The notes under the pieces are model-generated. The model was not told the origin of the DNA. It did not search any database and worked only from the letters and a program-made list of their open reading frames with translations. From Nitrospirota bacterium (lineage in GTDB: Bacteria; Nitrospirota; Nitrospiria; Nitrospirales; Nitrospiraceae), in assembly GCA_963701855.1 (NCBI GenBank), contig CAVPBK010000011.1:128001-192000 (forward strand): a stretch of 64,000 nt of DNA, read 5' to 3'. A program made the translations under genes and the position numbers. Shown one piece after another: positions 53,868 to 64,000 of this stretch; the stretch's first letter is position 1; each line of letters starts with the position of its first letter.

Positions 53868-54872
53868 TCACTGCGCGTTTTTCAACACCGGTTGCAATGA
53901 CTCTCCTCGTTCCCGCTTCTCTTGAATCTCCTTGAGTGTCACGTCAAATGCGGCCAGACGCTCGGCAGTCGTCGGATGGGTGACGTCCATCTCAGATCTC
54001 TCCTCTCCTGACTGAAGGCGCTCCATTCTGCGCCAGAAATGCTTGATCACCCGCACATCATAGCCGGCTCGCGCCATGATGTAGGCTCCAACATAATCCG
54101 CTCGCGCTTCGAGGGAACGTCGTGGCACCTCGGTGGGCGCCTCCGCAGAGGCGCCCATGGTCGCACCGACAAACGCATTGAGCATCGCGCGTAACCGGGC
54201 ATTTTGGCTATGATTGAGCAGGTTATGGGCGATTTCATGCGCCACCACCCAGGCCAGTTCGTCATCCGAGTCGACATACCGCATCGTTCCGGTCGTGACA
54301 CCGACATGCCGTCCATCGGCGATCCCATTGATCCGATCACTCTCAATCAGCTCAACCGAGAATTGGCAGGCTGGGACTGCCCACAGGTTCAGGGTATGGT
54401 GGCGTCCACTCCGTACGACGTCGAGCTGGAGAGGCTGAATACGAGCCACCGTCATCCTCCGTATCAACTGCGACACCTCTTCGGTTCGAACTCCTGCCAC
54501 AGGCCGCTCGTTGACGCTGATCAATTGATCGCCCGGCACGAGTCCAGCTGAGGCGGCAGGTGATTGTGGATGGACATAGACCACGGAAACCCCACGTCCT
54601 CCCTCCGCTCCTGCATGCCCCTTGGACAGGCCGATCTCCATGATCAAGAATCCATAGGTGGGCTCCTGTTCAAGGACACACCAATCTGCCGCCGCCACCA
54701 GGAGGGGAAAGGCCACATCATGAAGACGGACCAACGGGGGCGGGCCGATTCCATCGCTGGGAATGCTCCTGGCATCGTAATGCGGGGTGGCGCAAGCAAC
54801 CAGCACACACAGCTGCCCGAGAGACCACCAGGCCAGGAGTCTTCTTGAGATATTCAATGCCTTCATGTTCAC
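53868..54872 (-). CDS. M48 family metallopeptidase lipoprotein with PDZ domain
   Basis: LVAC lipobox, SPAASAGLVPGDQL, AHEIAH, EARAD, THPTTAER. Confidence 0.9.
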   Translation of the reverse strand: MNMKALNISRRLLAWWSLGQLCVLVACATPHYDARSIPSDGIGPPPLVRLHDVAFPLLVAAADWCVLEQEPTYGFLIMEIGLSKGHAGAEGGRGVSVVYVHPQSPAASAGLVPGDQLISVNERPVAGVRTEEVSQLIRRMTVARIQPLQLDVVRSGRHHTLNLWAVPACQFSVELIESDRINGIADGRHVGVTTGTMRYVDSDDELAWVVAHEIAHNLLNHSQNARLRAMLNAFVGATMGASAEAPTEVPRRSLEARADYVGAYIMARAGYDVRVIKHFWRRMERLQSGEERSEMDVTHPTTAERLAAFDVTLKEIQEKRERGESLQPVLKNAQ

Positions 54873-55000
54873 CCTTCATAAACCTACTACTGACCAAAGG
54901 CAAAGTCTTCTCTATTGCTTACCAGTACAGAACGCTTCGGATTGAGCGGGGGCATGAGCTCTCTTTCGGTCCTGCCGCTTGAAACTCCGTGGCCCCAAAA

Positions 55001-55036
55001 GCAAAGGGCCGGTCCTCTTGTGAGAGGACTGGCCCT
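55001..55036 (-). terminator. Intrinsic terminator downstream of prsR
   Basis: Stem agggccggtcctct/agaggactggccct with T-rich tail on the minus strand. Confidence 0.55.
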
Positions 55037-55073
55037 GCTTGCCGATTCTCTTCTTGAAGAAAGAAGACGGACG

Positions 55074-55171
55074 CAAAGAAGGTTGAGGTTCAGGCTAAGG
55101 TTGAGAAAAGGAAAGTCTGATCTTCGCTAAACCTTGGCCTTAACCTCAGCCTATATCAGAAGCTGCGGCCT
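55074..55171 (-). repeat. 98-bp dispersed repeat, inverted copy of 36266-36363
   Basis: 93/98 identity by manual alignment. Confidence 0.85.
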
Positions 55172-55249
55172 GCGATTGCTTCTGAACGGGTCTGTGAGTA
55201 TCCAGACCTTGCGTGTCCGTTATGCTCAAGTAGTTTGTCAACAGCCTGC

Positions 55250-55510
55250 TAGCCCGCACTATTCATGACGGTTCGTCGCGAAATCGCTAAGCCGCGTTGC
55301 GAGACCAGCGCGCGGAGCCAGAGGGGACTGGCTCCGACGTATGCGGCAATGCCTGTCCCGTTGTTCCTCGGACGGGGACAGGCACCAAAATGAAGGGTGC
55401 CGGTCCCCAACAGTACGTGGAAGGTCCGAGGGGCGAGCCCGCTGGCCGAAGGCTCGTCGTAGCAGAGGATCAGCGATTGGAGTAGAAGTGCTCATGAATA
55501 ATGCGGGCTA
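55250..55510. mobile_element. MITE with TA ends abutting the prsR stop codon
   Basis: TIRs TAGCCCGCAcTATTCATGA / TCATGAATAaTGCGGGCTA; several internal hairpins. Confidence 0.82.
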
Positions 55511-56911
55511 GGCCTGTTCTTTCTGCTCCTCGGATTTCGTCTTTTTCAATCCGTAACGGGCAAGTAACTGGTACAGCGTGGGACGGCTGATCCCCAGTTC
55601 CGCAGCAGCCCTGGACACATTCCCGTCGGCTTTCTCCATCGCGAGCCGCACCAGATCCTTTTCACGACTGTCGCGTGAGGCTCTGAGTGTGGACGTGTCC
55701 TCTTCGGATGAAGAGGGACCTTTCAATTCCAAGTTCATAGGAGTCACGTATTTTCCTTCCGCCATCACGACGGCGCGCTTAATCCTGTTTTCCAATTCCC
55801 TGACATTCCCAGGCCAACTGTGCGCCGTCAAGGCCTCCACTGCTTGAGGCGTAAACCCCTTCAACGATTTTTTTTGCTCTTCAGCAAACTTCGTCAAGAA
55901 TGTCCGCGCCAACAGTGTGATATCAGAACCCCGTTCGCTAAGAGCAGGCACCGCAATCGCAACGACGCAGAGCCTGTAATACAGGTCTTCCCTGAACCGC
56001 CCCTCGCTGATCGCCTTCATAAGTATTACATTTGTCGCCGCAATGATCCGCGCATCGACTGCAATCGTCTCCTTTGCGCCCAGCCGCTGTATCGTGTGAT
56101 CTTGCAAGAACCGCAACAGCTTGACTTGCAACCCCAACGGGATGTCGCCGATTTCGTCGAGGAAAAGCGTGCCGTGTTGTGCGCTTTCGATGCGCCCCTT
56201 TCGTTGCTGTGTCGCTCCGGTAAAGGCCCCTTTTTCATGTCCGAACAACTCACTCTCGAGCAGCGTCTCCGGAATGGCGCCACAGTTGATGGCAACAAAC
56301 GGCCCCGTGCTTCGCGCACTCTGGCGGTGGATCGCTCGAGCCACCAATTCCTTTCCCGTACCGCTTTCGCCGGTAATCAAGACCGGCACTTCGGACGGCC
56401 CGACACGTCGAATCATGCGGAACACGTCCTGGATCTGCGTACTGTTCCCTACAAGGCCTTCAAATTCGTTCTGACCGGCCCGTTCTTGAAGCGCGCGATT
56501 CTCCTGTTCTAAGTTGGAGAGATAGGCCGCGCGCTGGAGCACAATCTTGAGCACGTCAAGCTGAACAGGCTTCTCAATAAAGTCGTAGGCGCCGCTTTCA
56601 ATCGCGGCGACGGCTTTCGCGCGATCGCTATTGCCCGTCACCACGATCACCTTCGCCGTCGGATTGAGCTCGAGAGCTTCCCGCAAGATTGCCAATCCTT
56701 CCGAGGCCCCGTCGGGATCGGGCGGCAATCCCAAATCAAGCAGGATCAATCGAGGCATCGCGTGCCGGACGTGCGCGAGCGCCGTCGAACGATCCGAAGC
56801 TTCCAGAAGCTGGTAATCCGATGCCAGGGCCCATTTCATTTGGTCCCGAATCTCGGCATCGTCGTCGACCAGCAGCAGAGCAGGACGAGTGTCGATCAGT
56901 TTCTCAGACAT
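55508..56911 (-). CDS. prsR: PEP-CTERM-box sigma54-dependent response regulator
   Basis: REC domain (LDLGLPP), GESGTGKE, GAFTGA, WPGNVRELEN, Fis HTH. Confidence 0.9.
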   Translation of the reverse strand: MSEKLIDTRPALLLVDDDAEIRDQMKWALASDYQLLEASDRSTALAHVRHAMPRLILLDLGLPPDPDGASEGLAILREALELNPTAKVIVVTGNSDRAKAVAAIESGAYDFIEKPVQLDVLKIVLQRAAYLSNLEQENRALQERAGQNEFEGLVGNSTQIQDVFRMIRRVGPSEVPVLITGESGTGKELVARAIHRQSARSTGPFVAINCGAIPETLLESELFGHEKGAFTGATQQRKGRIESAQHGTLFLDEIGDIPLGLQVKLLRFLQDHTIQRLGAKETIAVDARIIAATNVILMKAISEGRFREDLYYRLCVVAIAVPALSERGSDITLLARTFLTKFAEEQKKSLKGFTPQAVEALTAHSWPGNVRELENRIKRAVVMAEGKYVTPMNLELKGPSSSEEDTSTLRASRDSREKDLVRLAMEKADGNVSRAAAELGISRPTLYQLLARYGLKKTKSEEQKEQA

Positions 56912-56963
56912 CCAGCGCTCGTGAATGAGGGTTTCATGTCAGAACGTGAAAAGGAATCCGTGT

Positions 56964-59073
56964 TTATAGAGCAGGAGGGCGATAAATGGGAAGCTCAATC
57001 CGAACCTGTGTCCCCTTGCCCTCCTCGCTTCGCAACTGAATCGTTCCCCGATGCGCCTCCACGATCTGCTTACACTGATACAGCCCGATGCCCAAGTCCG
57101 CCAGGCCTGCTGGATTGCGACGGTCGAAACAATGACTCAAGCATGCTCGAGGGAATTCCGCTCCCCGTATCGTCAACCGTGACGACGACGGACCCGTTTG
57201 ATTGTTCGATCGCGATTGAGATATTCCCCTTCTCGCCGATGGCTTGCTTGGCATTGAGCACCACATTCAACAGCACTTGGTGAATTTGCTCCCGAACGGC
57301 CATCACCGGCGGGACAGGCTTCCCGCTGACGGAGAGCCCCACGTGTCCCCCTCCCCTGATCGGCGCCACCGTTTCATCGATGAGATTCGACATATCTATG
57401 GATTCCGGCGTTGCTACGGCCATGGGCGTGAACGATTTCTGGGAGAGCTTGCTCATGAGAGTCGTCATTTTGTTAGCCGTGTCCGCCACTGTCCTCATGG
57501 CGGACTCCTGGAATGCGGGATCCTTGCCGTGGCGCTCGGCGTTCTGAGCCACCAAGGACAGTCTCGCTGCGAGATTTTTCAAGTCATGCAAACAGAATAC
57601 GGAGAACCGATGCAGCGCCTCCAATTCAGCCGCGGCCTGGCGTTCTTCTGCCAGATTGGCGTGAGAGAGCAGAGTCCCGACGTGATGTGCCATGCCGTGA
57701 AGCAAATCGCAATCATCCGTTCCATAGGCCTCGCCATGCAGTTGCTTGCCCAGCGCCACGAAGGCCGTAAGCTGTCCCTGGGCACGGATGGGGAAACAGA
57801 GCGCGGCTCCCATGGCCACCAGGGGATCGCCCGTAGCGTCAGCTCCGGCGTTCCTCCCAACCATGCCTTCCTCGAGCAAGACCGGTTCATCACTTTCCTG
57901 TAGCTTCATAATGACGGGATGTGACAGATCGATCGGTGATGGCTCCTTCTCAGCAGTGACTGATCGTGCCTGACAAAACCGCCGATCCGCGGCCCGGAAT
58001 GTCCAGATTGAGATGGTGGTGGTCGCGAAGTTTTTGATCAAGAGGTCCAGGAGGCGATCCAGGATCGCCTCCTGGTTCGCTGCCTCCTGAAAGGCTTCGG
58101 TGACCTGAAGCCATTTCGCGCGATAATCGTATTTCGATCGATAAAAGTTTCTCGTCAGAAATCGACGAATCTCGGCCCGCACCGTCTTCGAAAGTACCGC
58201 GACCACCAACCCCACCAGGCCCCCAAACACCACGACAACGCTGATCCCGACCCCTAACGGTTGGTTGGTCCGGCGAATCCATTCTCCGACGACGCCGACC
58301 GTGAGCAGATAGAGACCAATGACGATGAACGTCACTGTTCCGAACAAGGCCTGTGGGGACACATACGTATGGACCAGGACTTCTCGCAATCGGCTTCGCC
58401 CCAACCCATAGGCGATCAGAGAGAGCGCCATGGCTGCGACCACACTCGAAACCAGCACATGCTCGGTCCGCCAAATCGGAAACAGGAGCATCTGACTGGC
58501 TTGATAAATCTGGTAGCCGGCAAGTCCTCCCAGTCCAATGACAATGAATTTCAGTCGATGGCGGACCGGTTCACGGCTCGCACGCAGAACCAACTCAAGC
58601 TGGGCCAATCCCAGAGCCATCGCGATCACCACGAAGACATAGGGCACGCGGCCCCATGGGGCCAAAGCAATCGTGGATATCCCGTCGTCGAATGTACTCC
58701 ACACGAACACTCGATCAGTCACCGTCAGCAAGGCCAGAAGCAGGCCGACGACACCAATCATCCGAGCACGCCAAAATGGGGACGAATGCTCGCCTCGCGC
58801 AGCCGGATTCAAGAACGCGAGCCCCACATACAATAGTGCGGCCGGCTGGACTAATTCGGTCGCGAGAGCCATACGCCGCCACAGAAGCGCGTGGGCCTCA
58901 TCGAGCAATCCTAACCCGTTTGCCAGATGGGTGAGAGCAATGGCTCCTAGGAACGCGGCGAGACCCCTGTGTGAGGAGCGGTTCTGCCTCCTGACCAGCA
59001 GCAAGCAGGCCAGCCCGCCGGCTATCGCCGCTACGAGAAACGCCGCAACTGAAAACCATGCAGGAACGATCAT
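56964..59073 (-). CDS. prsK: PEP-CTERM system histidine kinase; +1 frameshift near 57090
   Basis: Multi-TM N-terminus, NFYRSKYDYR, GAF, HDLKN, DTGSGI; final LGIGLYQCK segment is in another frame (extra G in a G run). Confidence 0.9.
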
Positions 59074-59110
59074 GCTATACCTGCGCGACGACGTGAGTGG
59101 GCAGATTGCC

Positions 59111-60187
59111 CTATCCGATATGCCGGTACAGGATACGACCGGCCATCGTCACCACGCTGTCAGGCAATCGCGCGAAGACCTCCTTCGCACATCGAACCGT
59201 CAAGCGTTCGAGACGTGGGGACGAGGCCACCATCGGTGCACGCCAAGTGGTGAGGGTGGAGCACTCTGCGGACCAACGGCCCTTGAATGCGATCAGGCCG
59301 GGATTATCGATGTCCGAGCGGCCTAAATCGAGTTCTTCTGCCCCCGCCTGTTTGGCCTCTTTGATGGCCTGCCAGAACAGCATCGGCGTACCGCCAAGGC
59401 TATTAAAGTGGGCATCGGAGCCGCCATACTTATACACCATCTTCTTCCCATGGCTGATGGTCAAGATACCGGCAACGGGCCGGCCTGCCTTGGAGGCGAC
59501 GCGAATGCAGGCATCGTCCCCCATACAGCCCACGAGGTTCCGAAACCACTCGAACGGTTGCGGCGGAACGTGGTGGCGCGACCGAGTCAGCTGAAGAAGG
59601 CCATACAGCTGCTGAATCAACGATTCGCTGCGACCCGCTTCATAGGTGAGTGCTTCCCGCTCCGCACGGCTGATCTTCCGCTGGATGCAATCCTTGTGAA
59701 ACCCCTTAAACAACGCATCGAGACTGGGCCGAAGATCGAGCCGGTGCAGGCAATAGGTCGTGGCTCTGCCAAAGCTGTCGTCACAATCCAAGAGGGAGTT
59801 CGCAGACCGAATTTCCACATACTTCCACCGTTCCTCGCTCCTCAATGACTCTGCAAAAGAAGACAGCCTCCTGAACTGCTCGGCATGTTCAACAAGCGGC
59901 TCACAGTGATCAGAGAACGGTAACGACACGAGTCGGTTCCCGGTCAGCCAGCTCCGCACGATGCAAAATAACAAGGCATGAGTCAGGCCCTCGGCAGGGG
60001 CAGACGTCGTGAACACAACCGGTTCATACCCATACGTCGTCTGGAGCGCACGCAGCCAGCCACGCGTATGAAACACCGAGGCGTTCGGATGTCGGCAGAC
60101 AAATTCAGGCCAACGAGCATCGTGCAGCGGATCAATTGCGTACACCCCATGCTGTGGCGAGGACATCGTTTCCCCAGCTGCCATCAA
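59111..60187 (-). CDS. GNAT/FemAB-like acyltransferase of an EPS locus
   Basis: LVSLPFSDHCEPL, YKYGGS, LDLGRS, GLIAFKGRW. Confidence 0.85.
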   Translation of the reverse strand: MMAAGETMSSPQHGVYAIDPLHDARWPEFVCRHPNASVFHTRGWLRALQTTYGYEPVVFTTSAPAEGLTHALLFCIVRSWLTGNRLVSLPFSDHCEPLVEHAEQFRRLSSFAESLRSEERWKYVEIRSANSLLDCDDSFGRATTYCLHRLDLRPSLDALFKGFHKDCIQRKISRAEREALTYEAGRSESLIQQLYGLLQLTRSRHHVPPQPFEWFRNLVGCMGDDACIRVASKAGRPVAGILTISHGKKMVYKYGGSDAHFNSLGGTPMLFWQAIKEAKQAGAEELDLGRSDIDNPGLIAFKGRWSAECSTLTTWRAPMVASSPRLERLTVRCAKEVFARLPDSVVTMAGRILYRHIG

Positions 60188-60238
60188 ACCGGCTCACCCG
60201 GTAGTTGCAGAGCACCGCGCGCTCACCGTAGCACGCAC

Positions 60239-61231
60239 TCAATCAGGTGGGTAGTATCCAGACTTTCTCTCTGATCTCCGCAACAGCCAGACAAGAGAAA
60301 AGAGCACGACGAGAGACAAGAGGAAGAGGGGGATGCCTCCTCTGCGATGCCACACGCTATCCGTAATGAACGTCGGATCCACATAATTGGCTAAGAGAGA
60401 CAGCCCGACGATGCGGAAGGCATTTTTGACGATTGCGAGCGGAACGACGACCGCCGCTAGCCCCATCTTCGCCCAGGGGGACCGAAGGAGGAAATGCCCC
60501 GCCACTAGACTGGTAATGAAGAGAGCGAGGAACGATCGGATTCCGCTGCATTCCTCGGCAACATGGATCGTGAAATTCGACAGACTGAACACGAACCCCT
60601 GCCGAAAGACCGGGACGTTGAGAATCGAGAACAGGATCGCAGTAGCTTCTGCGGAACTGCGCTGCAGGAACCCAATGATGGCATCCAACAGAAACGAGGG
60701 AAGCGGAACCATAAAGAGGAGTACGAGCAGCCCGAATGAAACCTTGCGGCAGACCGTGATCCCGAAACCGGACACAAAAATTCCCCAACACATCACCACC
60801 AACGCCAAGATCATCATCGACAACTGATCGGCAGCGAAGGTCGCTGAATCTGCCCGCCAGTAACCCAAGGCCCCCAGCCCTATCACAAGCGATCCAAGCC
60901 ATGGGCTCCACTCCCTTGAGGCGAAGATCGCCTTTCGGTCGAGAAAGAGGACAAATACGCTCAGACATGGGATCAGCACAATGTGCGAATAATGTTCCTG
61001 CTGTAGTGTAAGGGAAAAGAGTGTGACCAGTGGCTGCCAAAACCACGCGACTGTGGCAAGCAACAAGAGAAGGGACAGCCCATTTCGAATCCGCATGCTG
61101 AACGGCAGGGGCTGGCTCAATGCCTGAATGGGTCCTCCCTCCAGACGGTTAGCCCTTTCGCCAGCATGTTTCTTTTCTTCGAGCGGCGCCGTGATGTTCA
61201 GATGGTCGCTTAGCGGCATATCATTTCTCAA
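60239..61231 (-). CDS. Exosortase/archaeosortase family protein (start uncertain)
   Basis: EHYSH, VAEECSGIRS (Cys), NAFRI (Arg), WH (His); multi-TM. Confidence 0.92.
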   Translation of the reverse strand: MRNDMPLSDHLNITAPLEEKKHAGERANRLEGGPIQALSQPLPFSMRIRNGLSLLLLLATVAWFWQPLVTLFSLTLQQEHYSHIVLIPCLSVFVLFLDRKAIFASREWSPWLGSLVIGLGALGYWRADSATFAADQLSMMILALVVMCWGIFVSGFGITVCRKVSFGLLVLLFMVPLPSFLLDAIIGFLQRSSAEATAILFSILNVPVFRQGFVFSLSNFTIHVAEECSGIRSFLALFITSLVAGHFLLRSPWAKMGLAAVVVPLAIVKNAFRIVGLSLLANYVDPTFITDSVWHRRGGIPLFLLSLVVLFSLVWLLRRSERKSGYYPPD

Positions 61232-61239
61232 GCCTCTTA

Positions 61240-61452
61240 GCGAGACGGGCGAGACTGGCGGGAAAAGCGCGACTCAAAGTTCTGGGTTCGAAGTTTCGAA
61301 AACCTCGAACTTCGGACCTCGAACCCTCGTCCATCTCACACGTCACGCGACTCTCGCTCCTCTCGCTTGTCACGCGCCACTCCCCTATCTCACCCGTCCC
61401 GCTTTTCGCGCTAGTCTCGCGCAAATAACGTTTCACGCCTCACGTTTCACGG
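61240..61452. repeat. Nested inverted simple-repeat tract (CGAGAC, CCTCGAA and TCACG-type units)
   Basis: gcgagactggcgggaaaagcg mirrored by cgcttttcgcgctagtctcgc, with heptamer runs inside and outside. Confidence 0.7.
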
Positions 61453-61459
61453 TTCCAAT

Positions 61460-62576
61460 TCAGCAGGCACCGCTGCCCCTAATAACGGCTGCTGGAGTCG
61501 CGAGCAGAATTTTGATGTCGGTCCAGAGTGATTGCCCCTTGGCATAGCGAAGGTCCAACCTGACCATATCCTCGAACGTCGTCCGACTCCGGCCGGTCAC
61601 CTGCCACAGCCCCGTAATGCCCGGCTTGGCTGCCAAAACTCGGTAACGATGCCATGGCTTATACTGTTGCACCTCATACCGCAGCGAGGGTCGTGGACCG
61701 ACCAACGACATATCTCCCCGGAGCACATTCCACAGTTGAGGCAGCTCATCGAGGCTGGTTTTGCGAAGAAAGATGTCCGATCGGCGTGATCCTCGAATCA
61801 TTCGTCATCTTGAAGAACGTATGAGTCTCGTTCTCCTGGGCCTTCCCGCTTGAACTAATGAACCAGCTGACATAGGCATGATGAATCGCGTGGTCGGAAT
61901 CCTCATACATCGACCGAAACTTGAAGAACATAAAGGGCTTCATCATCTGGCCGATACGCACCTGGCGAAACAGCACCGGTCCCCGGGACGACAACTTCAC
62001 AAGGCCCGCGATGGCCAAGAGCAACGGCGACAAGATGATCAGGAGCAAAAGGCTGATGAGAATATCCATGCCCCGTTTCACCACTTGATAATAAGTGATT
62101 CGAGCTTGACGCAATTGCATCTCTGGGTGCAGGTACGGATCCACCATCTGAGGTTCTTCGTCACCCAGGCACTGCGGCTCTGGATAGACGCGCAGCGTGA
62201 TCGACAACCGCTCGACGAGATTCTCCCCTAACCGACTCGTGATCTCCCTTCTGAATTCTCCTTCGAGGCGTTCAGAGGTGTCGGTGAGACCGGCAGAATC
62301 GACTTCGGGTACGATGAGCCCTATCGCCGAGTGCCGTTCAAACCATCCGAGAATATCGATCTCCGACTTGACCGCCGACAACGCCTCGGTCACCCCCTCA
62401 AGCACCGATGGCGTGTCAAGGCGCCGGCCATCCTGAACACCGACCAACAGCATGACCATAGCCAGCCCGGATCGTTCCGTGCGCTTGCGCTCCCGAGTCA
62501 CGGTATTCCTGAAGAGATCTTCGTCAAACAGCAGGTGAAGGGCCCCTACCCGTTCCCCTTCATCAACCGACGGCAT
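61460..62576 (-). CDS. Priming sugar (phosphoglycosyl) transferase; +1 frameshift near 61772
   Basis: KRGMDI, KFRSM, then FLRKTSLDELPQLWNVLRGDMSLVGPRP and KPGITGLWQV in a second frame. Confidence 0.9.
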
Positions 62577-62600
62577 GATGCTTCCTCCAGTCGAGTCCCA

Positions 62601-63611
62601 TCACCGAACCGAGGCGTACGCCACTTCTGTGTGTTGCTTGAGCGACTGTTCTGCCGCTTCCAGAATCCGCACCACACGCAGCCCAGCCCGCCCATCGTTG
62701 AAGGGTTGCGTGCCGTCCTTGACACAATCCAAGAAATACCGGGTTTCGAGCTTCAGTGCCTCGAGCTCTTCGACTTTCGGCGCCCACATATCGCCGGTAC
62801 GATAACTGACCAAAAGTTGATGAACACCCTGTTCTGTCTTTACATCAGCGCCCTTATCATAGACCTTCACTTTTTCTGATGGATCCAGATCATTCCACAC
62901 CAGCATCTTCTTCTGACCCCCAACGAGCGTCGTGCGCACTTTGACCGGCGAGAGCCAATTCACGTTGACGTGGGCCAGCACGTTATTGGGGAAATATACC
63001 GTCAGATGCGCAACATCTTCCAGGCAGTTCACATGTGCGCTGCCCGTCGCCACCACCAAATCCGGCTCCAGCCCGATCAGATAATCCATGACAGACAGAT
63101 CATGCGGAGCGAGATCCCACAACACATTCACGTCATGCTGGAAAAGCCCCAAGTTGACGCGCGTTGAATCGTAGTAATAGAGCGGCCCCAGGACGCCCTC
63201 ATCGATGAGCTGCTTGATCTTTCGGACCGCGCCGGTGAATAGAAATGTATGGTCCACCATGATGCGCAGGTTCTTGCGTTCGGCCAACTCGACAAGTTCC
63301 TCCGCCTGCGCGGACGTCGCCGTAAAGGGCTTCTCTACGAAGATGTGCTTGCCATTCTCTAACGCCTTCTTGGCCAACTCGTAATGAGAGGAGACCGACG
63401 TCACGATGGCCACTGCGTCGATTTCCGAAGAGGTGACGAGATCATCCACTTCGGTCATCAGACGGACATTGGGATGATGAATTAACACCCGAGCCAATGC
63501 CGCAGGGTTCGTATCGCATACGGCCACGACTTTGCAGTCTTGGTGGCCCGCGAAGTTACGGACGATGTTCGGGCCCCAGTAACCGTACCCGATGACTCCG
63601 AGTTTAACCAT
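62601..63611 (-). CDS. Gfo/Idh/MocA oxidoreductase (nucleotide-sugar pathway)
   Basis: GYGYWG, FVEKP, WDLAPHD. Confidence 0.92.
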   Translation of the reverse strand: MVKLGVIGYGYWGPNIVRNFAGHQDCKVVAVCDTNPAALARVLIHHPNVRLMTEVDDLVTSSEIDAVAIVTSVSSHYELAKKALENGKHIFVEKPFTATSAQAEELVELAERKNLRIMVDHTFLFTGAVRKIKQLIDEGVLGPLYYYDSTRVNLGLFQHDVNVLWDLAPHDLSVMDYLIGLEPDLVVATGSAHVNCLEDVAHLTVYFPNNVLAHVNVNWLSPVKVRTTLVGGQKKMLVWNDLDPSEKVKVYDKGADVKTEQGVHQLLVSYRTGDMWAPKVEELEALKLETRYFLDCVKDGTQPFNDGRAGLRVVRILEAAEQSLKQHTEVAYASVR

Positions 63612-63664
63612 GGCTTCACTCCCTATAGACATTAATCCAGTTGATAAAAGACATCTCTTCAGAA

Positions 63665-63756
63665 CCTTTGGTTGGTTTGTCGGGTTGAAGAAACTAACTC
63701 GTTGAACCAGACCAGATGAACCAAATCAACCAGACAAACTAAATAAACCAAATAAC
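63665..63756. repeat. Inverted 9-mer simple-repeat tract
   Basis: ggtttgtc ... accagatgaaccaaatcaaccagacaaactaaataaaccaaat; same unit as the 4556 and 5695 tracts. Confidence 0.7.
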
Positions 63757-64000
63757 GGTCTGCTTACTCTGCCAACGGCAGGATGCCCAACTTGTCCTCC
63801 GCCGTGAGGGGTCGGCGTTGCGGCCACCTCGGGTCCGGCGGGACGATCACAGCCGGTCGGGGTAAGGGGCTCCTGGGGTGGACTCGTCCAAACGCATTGC
63901 TGTGGCCCGACGGGCTCCTCCGAGTCCTCGACGGGCGCTTTTTTACCAGCATTGATGATGAATGTTCCGCTTAAGACTCGATCCCTTCCAACTCGTGATG

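Noticed and set aside
63764..63952. 62-aa Pro/Arg-rich ORF upstream of the oxidoreductase
   Set aside because: No recognisable family; cannot be told from a chance ORF with the upstream context cut off by the window edge.

Overview
Bacterial chromosome segment of moderately high GC. The gene families and intergenic repeat types resemble Nitrospira (Nitrospirota); this assignment is from recognition, not a search. Left end (1-7.5 kb): a Type I restriction-modification locus (hsdR, hsdS running off the window). A ParE-type toxin-antitoxin pair sits between two copies of the hsdR 3' end, and hsdR carries an in-frame 123-bp palindromic insertion. An MtfA-like peptidase and a DAACS transporter follow. 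Middle (8-42 kb): intact housekeeping genes (accC-accB-efp-aroQ-coaBC-rpoZ-gmk-yicC-nth-hflX-tsaD-clpC, nadK, fumC, Hsp20, citrate synthase, rnd, malic enzyme) plus an uncharacterised secreted cupredoxin/beta-propeller protein. 42-51.5 kb: an accessory island with vapBC inside nested simple-repeat palindromes, two PEP-CTERM genes sharing a duplicated downstream block, several PilZ-gene relics, FN3 proteins and MITEs. Right end (51.5-64 kb): a PEP-CTERM/exosortase and EPS locus (prsT, prsR, prsK, exosortase, sugar transferase). Several accessory genes are broken by single-base indels, which may be assembly errors. No rRNA, tRNA or CRISPR array was recognised.
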